Shown: one piece after another, positions 48,760 through 60,800 of the stretch
Position numbering within the stretch: position 1 is the stretch's first letter
How the letters are laid out: each line of letters begins with the position of its first letter
NCBI GenBank assembly: GCA_040357565.1
Contig: JBDODJ010000006.1
Length of the DNA stretch: 64,000 nt
Strand: one strand, 5' to 3'
Source of the DNA: Cercozoa sp. M6MM
Lineage: Eukaryota > Protista > Endomyxa: Ascetosporea
Position numbers and translations under genes: made by a program
Notes under the pieces: generated by a model
What the model was told of the DNA's origin: nothing
The model's database searches: none
The model's input: only the letters and a program-made list of their open reading frames with translations

Positions 48760-51700
48760 CTTGTGTCCAACGGATAAGTATTGAGTGTGGTACCGAAAAG
48801 GTGGCAGAAGGCACGGTAAAGTTTGAAAGCTGCCAACTCGAGAAAGCAAGCAGTGCGTTGGTGCATCCGTCTCGCAGCTGCGAGCACCACACCCATATAA
48901 ATATAGACGGTGTAGGCAGCAGTAAGCGTTCGACTCACTTCGAGACTGTCAGCGTCGGCTTCCTGTGCAGTTTCGTACACGATGCGCGCACGTTCAGCCG
49001 AGTGCTGCCACGACTGGAGGACGCGTCCAGTCTGAGGCACGACACGCAACTGTGCCGCAGATACGTCGTGTCGCATGGTGCACACCACCGACTCGCGTCG
49101 ACGCACGCGTGTACCTTCCTTGGAGCAGTCCCAGGCATAGTCGTCAGGATCGTGCGTGTTCCAATCGGCCGTCTCCCGCTGGATTAAAATTGAGTGCTGC
49201 GTCTGGGTGATACCGTCCTCAGCAACAACTTTCACTATTATTGGTGCGGTTCGCCAAGGTGACACCGCCAGCGACACCGAACCGGCAGAGAAGGCTCTGT
49301 TGTCCAGCGAGACACGCGCGTTCTGAGGAGTGGGGTACTTCAAGTAAAGAGAGTATCCAGTAAATGTGACTGGTGCACATACCGAATCTGTGGTGTCCAC
49401 GCGCAGGTTTATGGACCCGACGCAGTCACTCACCGAGATAACAAAGACACCGTCGTTCTGTTCCTCCAGCATGCCGACGTCAGCAATGACGTTCCGTAGC
49501 GATGCGTCGTTACTGCAGGCTTGTGGATTGCATTGCTTGGACTGCTTGAATAAATATCCAAGTGGACATGCTTCGTTCAGTACAAGGAAGCACTGTGTAC
49601 CGTTGCAGGTCGCTTTTTGTGCGCGCACATGGAATCGTGTGCGTAGCTGCCACTCTCGTCGGTGCAGGTGACACTGCGTGTGGACACACCGTCCCCACAT
49701 GTACGCGAGCACTCGGACCATTGGTCCGTGTGCCAGCTGTACTGGACGAGCCAGGCACTGTCGACACACTTGCCTGAGCGGCATTGGCGGTTGTCTCCAC
49801 ACTGTATGCCGTCGTTGAGTTGCACTTGCTCGCCAGAGGCAGTCTGTTGGTGTGCATTCATACTGTATACTCGCACACACACACAGAGAAAACTTAGGGG
49901 CTACCGTGAAGTAGGTGCAGCGCTTTGCAGAGATTTCCCGACACACTAGTGTGCGACAGTACTCGTCGGTATTCCACATATGTTGCACAGTTTCATCACA
50001 AGTTGTGTATGCATTCTACGATGCCAGATACTTCGCATGAGAAATGAGTATACTAGTTCAGTATAATAGATACCCCAGGAAAGCCGTGTAGCACGATGTG
50101 GGCACACTGCTGTGCGTAGCTTTGGCACATGCCGTGGTAGCACACGCCGGGTCCATGCGCAGTGGTCTGCATACGCGGCATGGTAAAACTGTCGGCGCAA
50201 GTGGTGCCCGCTACGCGGAAGGAGTCACTCGGACACTCGGCTCGCACACCATCGCACATCTCGGCCTGTATGTCACACTGGTCATGAACTGAGCGGCACT
50301 GACGTTTTGCATTTGCACTCTGCACGGTGAATGCACTTACTAACAAAATTAAGGTAGACCACAAAGAGAAACTGACCACTGGTGTGCATGTGTCGGCATC
50401 ACAGCACGGCTGATCGGCAGAGCATTGTGCGTTGGGCCACAGTCGACACGTGGCACCGTTGCAGCACGGGTCCACGTGACTGCAGTCCTCTTGCCCACAA
50501 TCGCACTGCTCTCCGAGTGAAACATCCACGAAGCCGTCGCCGCAAGCACCAGCCGCACTGCGTTCAGGCTTGTTGTCAAAGCACTGTGACAGTCGGTCGC
50601 GATTGGTCTCTACAAAGTCAGCAAAGGCGCTGATGGAACATGGACTGAACTGCGACGGCGATTCCTCGCAGTTCGAACATCCAACAGCTGCCATGATGTA
50701 GCCCGACTCTGGACATGCACCCGAGTCGTGCGGCATACCGAACAAGTGGCCCATCTCATGTACTATGACGGCGGCATTGTAGTTCGCCGAGTTCGTCGTT
50801 TGTGCTATCGCCACTCTGAAGAACCATGAAGGCAAAGCGTGTATATACTGAAGAGTAGAGCGAAAAGGACTCACGAAGTGCCAGGCGAAACACACATGCC
50901 TCCCAGTGGCGCCAAACCAACGGTGGCATCCAATAGATCGTGCGCAGTCATCAGAACAGCAACGTCGTGTGACGGTATTTGATCCATTGCGGTGGCTACC
51001 CACTTGCCGAAGTTGTTCAGGTACATTTCGTCGTCCACCTCGCCCGTTGACAACTCCGGTACGTCGAACGGCTGACTTCGCGACTGTGAGAACGTAAGCT
51101 GCGACGTCAACACCAGTTGCACTCGCACTCCGGCCGCAGACTCGAACTTTGCATTGTTGGCTCGAAACAGAGCCGTGGCAAGGTACGCTATCTCAGCCGA
51201 CCCCACGAGCATATCTTCAAGAGAATCGAACTTTTCCCTGTTTAGAGTCACACTTCAATTATCACACCATCAAGGATAGTTCAATAGCAATGAAACAAAA
51301 AATACAGGCGCGAAATGTCGTTCACGATGAGCAACTCGACAAAGTAGGTCTCCGCCGAGTTCTTGGCAGTTTTGTGAGGCAAAGGTGACGCCTGTTCCGG
51401 TGTGAAGTCGAATCGTCGCTGCTCTTGAACTTCGACGAGATCTCTTGACTGTTTCAAGAAGCCGAACTGAGTCTGCTTTTGTTCCAGTTGAGAACTGAGC
51501 GTGTGATCATGCGAATGACACGGCATTCCTTTCGAAGTTAACTGCGGCTTCGCTGTCAGCACGTGGTGTCCTCGAAATTGCGTATTGTCGGCAGGTTCTA
51601 CGAATAGAACTCGTGCACTTTCAATATGCTGCAAGATTCCGACGGCTTGTGCCTCCGCATGCTCCGTGTTCGCACTGCAGTGCCAGCCCAAATAATGAAT

Positions 51701-52179
51701 CCAAAATGTAACCGAACTCACAAAGCTAGAAGCATTTGATACCTCTTGCACAGCGATAGAGTTGCGATGTAGTCGCCGACCCGACCAGTCACGAAACAGC
51801 CAGCGATTCGTTTGAGAACAGGGTCTGACGCCCAATTGTCACCGAAGAAAGAAACAAGGGACTCGAGAGAGTCGACTTCGCTTTCGTGCAAAGAGTGTGA
51901 TGTCGTTTCCAAGGCTCGAGAAGCAGCATGAAGCGAGTACAGTGTGCCGGTATAGGAGTTGGAACTGCTGCGGTTTGAACCGTCACCGACCTGTAACAAC
52001 TGTCGCCAGGCCACTGAGCTTGAAGAGAACGCGTCGCTCAGTTGCAGATGAAATGCATGGCGCAGTTCCGTGTGCACTGAAACGTTGAGTGCGATGTGCG
52101 AAACGTCACTGACACCTGCGACGACGGTTTTGATGCCAAAAAAGCAGAGAAATGTGGCCAGTGGTAGCAAGAAATGCAT
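47443..52179 (-). CDS. ADAM-type reprolysin metalloprotease with disintegrin, Cys-rich, TSP1, beta-sandwich, TM and Pro-rich tail
   Basis: Signal peptide; ELLIVND; VGLAPLGGMC; HEMGHLFGMPHD with YIMA Met-turn; CGDGFVD..EQCDCG disintegrin; WSECSRTCGDGVSTRSVTC; TM WALISVGVALGL. Confidence 0.9.
48583..48755 (-). repeat. (TG)n microsatellite in an ADAM intron ((CA)n on +)
   Basis: Direct reading. Confidence 0.97.
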
Positions 52180-52573
52180 CAGACGTTTCAACTGAGCGAA
52201 GAGACGCTCCATTTGCGTGAAAACAGAAAACAAGCTGGGTAGCTTGAATCCCGGAAACACCGAAGAAAAAAAGCCGACCGCTCTTCAGTCACTCTATTTC
52301 TTTGGTGACATCTCGCAGGTGAGCTAAACTGAGCGTTGTGCTTTGTTCTTTTGGCAAAGTTTGTTCAGCCAAAGTCAACTGGATCGAATAACTGGGACTG
52401 ACTGGCAACAGAACCGGGCAACTGGCAACCAATCCTGTTTGTTGAGGCTCTTATCGATAAAGGCCGAATGGGAGTCAGTGTAGAGTTTTCAAAAGTGTTA
52501 AGGCACAAACCCTCGCCCTGCGACGTGCATTGAATTGAACTGCACTCTGGCAGTTGAAGTTCCGCATCTTTTT

Positions 52574-53798
52574 TTAAATATTCCCCAGCACTTGATGCGT
52601 ATTTTCATCCGTCAAGCAGTACTATTATGCAAGCAAATGAGCAGTGATTTCAACGCCACTCGGCCAGGAGTAGATTTTCAATCAGTGGTGCATGTTAAAT
52701 TTACCATCCAGGCAGCGCCGGGAAATTGGGACGATTTCGTAGCGTGTGAGCAGTACTGTGCGTGATTACAGTAAATGTAAACCTCCTGAAAGATCCTTAA
52801 AGGTGTGGAGTACTTGTACCTCAGGTGCGCGAACATAGCAATATTCAGGGGAATTGGGAATGTGTTTGCCGCAGCCCACGGGGTGTACTTGCACATGCCC
52901 GCTCATGCCATCTTCGGAACATGCGCATGACCACTCTTCGTCGCATGCGTTGCAGCACTTGCCTGAACAAAACCCAGGAAGTACCGCTGATCTCGGTTCA
53001 TCATTCAACTTTTACCTGTGAAAGCGAACTGTACCAGGGACGTTGATTTGGTGTTCGGTTGGGCAAGGTAACCAGCAATCAATGATCGAACAGTGCCAGA
53101 TGAGGTCATCTTGGCCACACTTGCACTTGAGACAATCGTCCCCAGCAGCTGCACCTGGCGTGGAGCAAGGTGTATTAGGCTTGGGCAACGGGGGGCACTC
53201 TCCGTGGCTCACAATCTCTTGAACTTCTTGCTTGCATTTGGCAATGTTGAAGAAACACTCGTTGTCGTAGGTGACGCCATTGTTCCCGCATACTGGAGCG
53301 TAGATTTCAATGCAAGCAACATCACACCTGAAAAAAGCACCAACTCTCACCGCCGCAAAACAGAACCAAAATTATCAACTGAATTTAATTTACTCGCAGT
53401 GCGGGCAACACTCGCCTGTTGTTGTTTGCCAGAATTCTTGATTGCACTGAGGGGGTGGACAGAGAACCGTCCGACAATCAGGATCGTTTTTTTCTCCTGA
53501 GCACTCACCTTCAGCAACAAAGGTCAGTTCGGGATTGCCACATTGCGCACCCTCGAAAAAACACTTGTTGCCGTAAGTTACTCCGTCAGACCCACAGACT
53601 GGTGCCCAGATTAGCGTGCACACCCAGTCGTCCGGCCAGAGAGAGCAATCCATCTAAATGTTCCCGGGAAAACAGTTTTGTAGACCAAACTGACTCAGTC
53701 CCTGGCAGCAAGCCAAAACGCACCTCGGAATTTGCAGGCTGCCCCAAAGTGCCCAAAATGTGCAAGCCTGCCGCAGCGATGACAAAACGAACGAACAT
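52574..53798 (-). CDS. Secreted Cys-rich protein with two Kazal domains alternating with VWC-like modules
   Basis: CTLIWAPVCGSDGVTYGNKC and CIEIYAPVCGNNGVTYDNEC; GECCPHC and GKCCNAC; hydrophobic N-terminus. Confidence 0.85.
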
Positions 53799-54103
53799 AT
53801 CCAATGCTGTTTGAGTTTTAGCAAACCAAAACTGTCTTTAAATTTAGAAACTGACTGACTTCGGAGAAAACAACTTTTCCGCGCGGAAGGCATTCAACCA
53901 AAAGTGTAAATGTCCGAGCGCACTTGTCCACGAACCACAAACGCAAGTTTTATACAGGTGGCCCGCGTCCAATTGCGACTGATCAAATTAAACTCGCCCG
54001 GGGTTTTCTCAAAAATTAGGTGAGTTGGCACGCATGGTTGACCTTTAATAAAATTATTCGCCAATTTGACCCTAATGAACTGCCTGGTTTTGTGATAGCA
54101 CTC

Positions 54104-55809
54104 TTACTGTCTGTGTACACCCAATGACTCGGCGAGGACTGACATCACGTGGTTTGCCACGCTGCCTTCACTGTCGTCACTCGTATTGCACACAAATCCA
54201 AAGGCCAGATCGTGTTTGGGGGCCAAAAACAACCACGAGTTAACTCCTTTTTCACCTCCTAAAACATGACATCTTTGGGCTTTTCCAAACATAAAGCCAA
54301 GAATACATACCATCATGTCCAAATCCATCGACAGAACTGAAAACGAAATCTTCGGGATTCTCCTGCATCTCGTACACCGTCCAGCCAACACCAAAGCTGG
54401 TGACGCCCGAATACTACGCACACAAGTAATCCATCGAACTAATGACTGTAAGTGTTATAAGATGGTAACACACCTTCTTCTTCCACGCTTCCTCTCGCAT
54501 TTGATTCGTCACCACTGAAGACGAGCCCTGCGAAAAAGTACAACACATATCATTGTTAGGGATAACATTCAAGCCAACGTTTACCTCTCGCAACCATGCA
54601 AGGGCATAAGCAGCGAGGTCCTTGATAGTCATGCGCAACTGTCCGCTTGGATAGTCAGCAAAGCAGTAGTAGTCATGAAGTGCCAGTCGCTTTGTCTTCT
54701 CTTCCGCTTCATAAGGTGCTGCGGCCGTGTAGCTTTGCAGGTATCTTTTGTCGTCAAACCAAGATGCCGAAGTCATGCCAAGAGGTTTAAACAGAGTGTC
54801 ATCGCTCAGTTCTTGAAACGACACTTGCTGCTTCAATCGGCGCTGAGCCAAACCTGGAGTCACGGATGAACTTTTGTAAATTTAAGAGGCTGGAGCAAAA
54901 TAGAAGCAATGCCGTCATCATACGTAATGCAAGAAGTCCCCAAAGTCCCGAGGCGGTGTTGGAGTAGACTTCCTTCGTGCCGGATGCCTGATTCGGTAGA
55001 TACGCTCGCTCAGCAATGTAGTTCTCGCCGTCTCTGTCAAAGAATGCAGTCGACCACTTGTGCAACGGCACCGGGTGTCGGCACTGCCTGCCTGTTGGCG
55101 CTCATCGCATCCACCCAGATAAAAAATTCTGCATCTATACAACGCAATGTGTTTACCATAGGAGTAAGATTTGTCAAGGAGCTGATCTTCGTCCTCTTCC
55201 GACGTGTCGCCAAGTGACGCAACATGCGCCATCTATTTGATGCATAGCATGCAAAACGTATGGTACAAAGAAAGTCGAGGCAACCACATGGGAGAAAGTC
55301 GGCCGGAACTCTTCGCTGTTTGAGGGAAAGTCAGGGTGCTGTAGTCGCAAATCATCGACGAGGTACGGCCGCACGTCTGCGTCCAGTGAGATACCGGCGT
55401 GGTGCAGCTCGTGGAGCAAAAGGTGTGCAGTGAACAACTTTGACACCGATGCGAGCATCCATCCTGTTGTCTCGGCACAAGCCGCGCTCTCTTCTGTTGC
55501 CTAAACAGAGAGATACATGTAGGTGGAATTTATTGGCTCGGTAAATTCATGGTATCGGTACATAGCCAAAGGCGTGCGTTTCGGCTCCTTGACCGGGCGC
55601 AATGGTAAACACAGCCATTCCTTTAACAACCCCATCGTCGACTAGCTGTTCCAACCCAGAAAGGCTGTGAATGGTTGGGCGAGTGAGCGCAATTTGAGTA
55701 ATTTCGTCTGTACCTTTTGCAATTGCGTGTGCAGTCGGTCTGTCATGGCCAGCGACATGCATGCCAATGAGCACAGAACGAGCGAGGTTAATAACTGTAG
55801 CGATGCCAT
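54104..55809 (-). CDS. Secreted beta-lactamase-family (class C/AmpC-like) serine hydrolase
   Basis: Signal peptide MASLQLLTSLVLCSLACMSLA; LASVSK (SxxK); YSN; LFKPLGMTS; YPSGQL..KDLA; GGEKGV. Confidence 0.85.
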
Positions 55810-56142
55810 CACGCGGTATCTTCTGGTGCAGTGGCACACGTTGTGACCTAAACTTCTACCCGTACTATTCTGGCCGACAAAACAGGAAAAGTAAACAGCG
55901 CGATTGCGCGAAATGCGCAAAGTCCGAGCCTAAGGAACCGTGTTCAATCGCCACCCCTCTCCCCCGTTGACTTCGTGCGGACCGTCTCAGGCTTAAAAAG
56001 ATCCGACCTCCGCCACTTAGTTGTTTAAATCGAACCATCAATCAATCCGATCCGATAAAAAAATCCATCACACTGTATATCCAACGGATATAATCGCTTC
56101 AGGCTAGTGCGTACACGCTCGGCTGTCGGATCAGGTCCTGAA

Positions 56143-57679
56143 TCAGGCCGGGAAAACAGGCATGGCACGCAGGACAACCTGCAGCGCCGAGATGCACGCA
56201 TCGAAGGAGTGCGCCACAAAGTTCGCCTCGGCGTAACCATTGTTCAGCTTCGTCGGCTGCGCAAGTCGTTGTTGGATCACACCGCTCACAGCCAGCGGCA
56301 AGGGAATAAAAAAAGATAGTACCGGTCGCGGCAGCGGCTGCCGCACGAACTGCGACTCGTTGGTGAGCGCCGTGTACTCGGAGTCGGCGCCGGCACGGGA
56401 CTTGCCGATAGAGCGGCGGAGCGCGTCGTCGCGTATGATGAGTTTCGTGGCAGTCGCGCTGAGGTGCACCGGCACGTGTGGCATGTCCACGAGTGCACGC
56501 GCCGCGAACACGAGAGGCTCGATGTCATCACACACGAACTCGGCGCCGCGCCGCTTCAGCAGCAGCAGGGTCAGGCGCAGGACCGTGTCTGCGCGGACGG
56601 CGGCACTGCGACGTGCGGCACGACTGGCACTCGGAGCGCACATGAGCGACACTGCACCTGTGAGCATGCGGTGCAGGAAGGCGCCCACCAGAGGTCCATG
56701 AGTCGGTAGACCCACACGCATGATACTGCGCGCACTGCACTGCAGCAGGTCCTGCGCCAGTGCGGCACACGAGCGTGTCTGCAGCATGGAGTCGTCGGCG
56801 ATGATGTGCATGCGCGCGGCAGCACTCGGGTCCAGCTGTGCCAGCACATCGGCCAGTGCATGTAGCACCGAGTGCAAAGGCAAGGACTGGTCGCTGCTGT
56901 CGCTGGTGCTGCACATGGACTGCACCGTCGCGTCGAACGGCAACTCGACGCGTTCAGAGCCATCGTACACCTCCGTGTACTGCACCGGGGGTAGATAGGG
57001 GGGCAGAAAAAGGCAAAAATGGGGCATAGAAAAGAACACACCATGGGTCGGAAAGGCAGCGAGCCTTGACCGTCGGTGCGCTGCCGGTCGTCCAGTGAGG
57101 CAGCGACCGACCAGGCGTCGCATCGGTCGGCCACGGCGACGCGGTGACTGTGCAGGTGCTCAAAGAGCCAGGGCGTGATGGCCACGAGCAGCCGCAGCTG
57201 CCGCGTGGCACACACGTTGCCGATGCCGGCGGCAGGATCGGCTGAGTCGGACGGCGCGTAGACCTGCATGACGTGCATCAGCACCTGTGACAGCAGCAGC
57301 GACTGCTCGTGCTCCTGCGCGTCGTCGCTGCAGTCGTCGTTGTCGCCCGCGTTGTCGCCGCTGTCGCTGACAGCACTGTCGGCACTCTTGACAGTGTCGC
57401 CACTCAGTCCGGTGACATTGTCCAGCAGCGCCTCGACCACGTGCGCCTGCAGGCCCTCCCACGAGGGCTTCCAGCCATCCACGAAGCGCCAGAAATGCCG
57501 CGGCAGCGGTGTCTCACCATGCACGTAACTCACGTGCGGCAGCACCACGGCCAGCAGTCTCAGCGCACGCGTGCGCACACCGGCATGTGGCATGCGCATC
57601 AGAGCGAGTGGCAGCCACAACAGAGACACGTGCTCGGGTTGCGACAGCAGCTCGCGCTCGCCCAACTACACACCGTACA

Positions 57680-57764
<85 letters not shown>

Positions 57765-57774
57765 NNNNNNNNNN

Positions 57775-57826
<52 letters not shown>

Positions 57827-60800
57827 ACACACAGACACACACAGACACATGTACTGATGGGTACACAGTACCTGTTCAGCAGCCACATGGATGGTGTCCA
57901 GCAACATGCACGTGCGCAGTTCGCACTGCTCGCGCTGCGGCTGACGCAGCTTAACATCGCCGTCGTGCATGGCGAGTTGCTGCCAGTCCTGCACCGTGGC
58001 CAGCAGAGCGCGCATCAGCAGTCGCACCACGACGCTGTCCATCGGCTCGGCCAGTGCACGGAACACCAGCAGCGCCTTGTTGGCCACGTGCGGTTGGCAG
58101 GCCTACCACATACCGGTTTCAAGCCCTTTGTGGGTACCACGACCAGGTAGGTAGAAGAGGTAGAGAGGCACCTTCATGGCCCAGCGCAGTGCTTCGTAGC
58201 CGAGTCGGACGCGCAAGGCACGCCGTGTGGCCAACAGGCGCTCGACGTTGTAGCGCACAATGGCGTCCTTACCCACAGTGGCATCGTCGTGTCGCGTGAA
58301 GCCGCTGTTGCTCGCCTGCTGCAGTGTCTGCAACTCGTCGTCCGCGTCACTGACCGGGTCGAAGCCTATCTCACACACATTAGTGAATGTACCATAACAC
58401 AAAGACACCAGTCGTACCGCCATCGTGCCGTGTGGCAAAGGCGAAAGGATCGTGTTCCAGGTGCAGCAGCAGCGCGCGCAGCCAGCGACACAACTGCGTG
58501 GCCGTCACGACGGCGCCGTCGCGCGCGCTCACTGCCTGAATCGGCGACGTTGCGCCTGTGTGCAAGGATAGACCTACAGCCTGGACGTGGGGACCGAGAA
58601 GAGCACATACCAGAATGTAAAGACGGCGACGACAGTGCCGAGCGTCGTGTGAGCGCACTCCAGCGCACCTTGACGGACGGGTCGGTCAGCGCGCGGGTGA
58701 GACCACCCTGCGCGTGCACCTGCCGTGTGTGACTCGAGGCGTCCACGCGAAGGTGCGTCGGCAACTGGTCGGCAAAGGCGACGCCCGAATGCGACGTCAC
58801 ACAGCGCAGCATGAGTCTGTGGAACCGAACACGCATATACCCATAACGCTATGCCCTATATAACCAAATGGGTACCGGTGCATGGAGCGGAAGACGTCGT
58901 CACGCGAGCCGCCACTCAAACGCAGCGTCGCGAACAGGAGCAGACGTGGCACGAATGGCACCAGCGGTCGGTCGTCCACGCCCATGAGATCGAGCAGCAT
59001 GGCGGCAGCGCACTGTGCCGCACTCTCGGCCGAGGCAGAGGAGGAGGCACCGCCTGCCTTCTGCGATTGGTGCGGTTGGTGCTGTTGCTGGAGTTGTCGT
59101 TGTTGTTGTTGTGGTTGCTGCTGCTGCTGCTGTTGCCGCTCCTGCTCCTCCTGTTTTTGGCGCAACTGCTGCAGACGCGCAGTGGCCCAGGCAACGTCAG
59201 CGCACTCGCCAGTCTCTGTACGACGCCGACGCTCCTCTTGTACCTGCAGCACATGCGCACACCCGAGGTACACAGCACGGGCCGGCTGCGCATGCCAGTC
59301 GCGTGCCGTGGCGCCAGCGGCGTCCTCCAAGACGGCATCGATGTGCGGCACAATGGAGGCCACAATGAAGTGCCTATGCCGCGGTTTTTCGAACAGCGCC
59401 AGCACGATGGCACACACCGTACGCAGAGGCGTCCTACAAGGGTCAAGGGGGATGGGAGGTGGGGATAGTTGGATGGTTGGGTAGGAGGGAGAAAGGTAAA
59501 ACGCACGCGTCGTCGCTCTGCTGCCTCTCGCGCTCGAGCACGGCATTGACGAGGAAGCGGCAGATGACGGCGAGGTTGTGCGGGAAGAAAGCGGCGCCCA
59601 GCTGGCGCCAGATGCCCAGCAAGGCCGCGCGCAGAGGCTGGTCCTGCGCGCCCGTGCACGTGGCCAGGAACAACTGCCGCAGGATCAGCAGCGACTGGTG
59701 GTTGTTTAGCTGCGAGACAGCGGCGTCCTCGGACGACAGCTGCAGCACCGAGTGGCACCAGGCCTCGACGTCGACATCGGCACCATCGGTATCAACATCG
59801 CCCGTCTGAGTCTGCTCACGGTCGACAGGCACGGGCAGCACACTCTCCGACGACACCAGCAGTCGCAGCGCCTGGGCGGCGGCGTCGTGGTCGGCGTTGA
59901 GTCGCAGGTTGCGCGCCCACGGTCGCATGCAGCTCGCGATCCACGTCTGACGTTTCTCTGTAATTACCTTGCTCGACTTGGGCCGCTGGAACATTTCCTT
60001 GAACAGGTCGAACGTGCACTCGGCAAAGGCGCCACGCGAAGACAGCAGTCGCGAAATCCGCAGCGACAACTGCATTGGCCACTGCGCTTGGGCCTGAGAG
60101 ACATGAGAGGGTCAAAAGAAGATGCGACAGACACTGAAGTAGAAACCGCTTCGAAGGCGTATCGCCAGGACATGAGACGGTTGCAGAGCGGCGAGTCGCT
60201 GCCATGCAGCATGGCCGACACGTGGGCCAGGATGAGGAAGCTTTGCAAACGCGTCTTGCGACTCGCACTGGCCATGTTGCCCAGCGTCATGTAGAAGACA
60301 CGGCCGATGTTGGCACGCAGCGTACGCTTCATGTGGTTCCAACGCACAAAGGGCGCGCGCATCACCTGCAGCTGCGCATCGTGCGGCGAGGCAATGTAGC
60401 CCGACGAAATACACTGCGTCGACAGCGACAGCACCGACGCCAGCGCGTGGAAGAAGATCGACCTGTTCTCCGACGGCTCGGCGTTGTAACTGTATACACA
60501 CGTACAGATGCACACACACACACACACACACACACACGGGTACATGCAGAGTATAGACTGAGTGACGCGTACCTGCGATCGATGTAGAGCGACATTAGAG
60601 CGGCCGGGTGCAGTGCCAGAAGGTTCGGTAAGCACCGGAAACCCTCCTGCTCGCCTTGCACCAGAAAGTTCAGCACGCGGTCCTTTTTCTCGCGCAGCAG
60701 CTCGAACACCTGCGTGTCACGCCCGTCGCTCCCGTCGGTACTCAGGGAACCGATGCCGCCGCTCGGTGCGTCTACCACAGGCCCCAATACCGTCAGGTAC

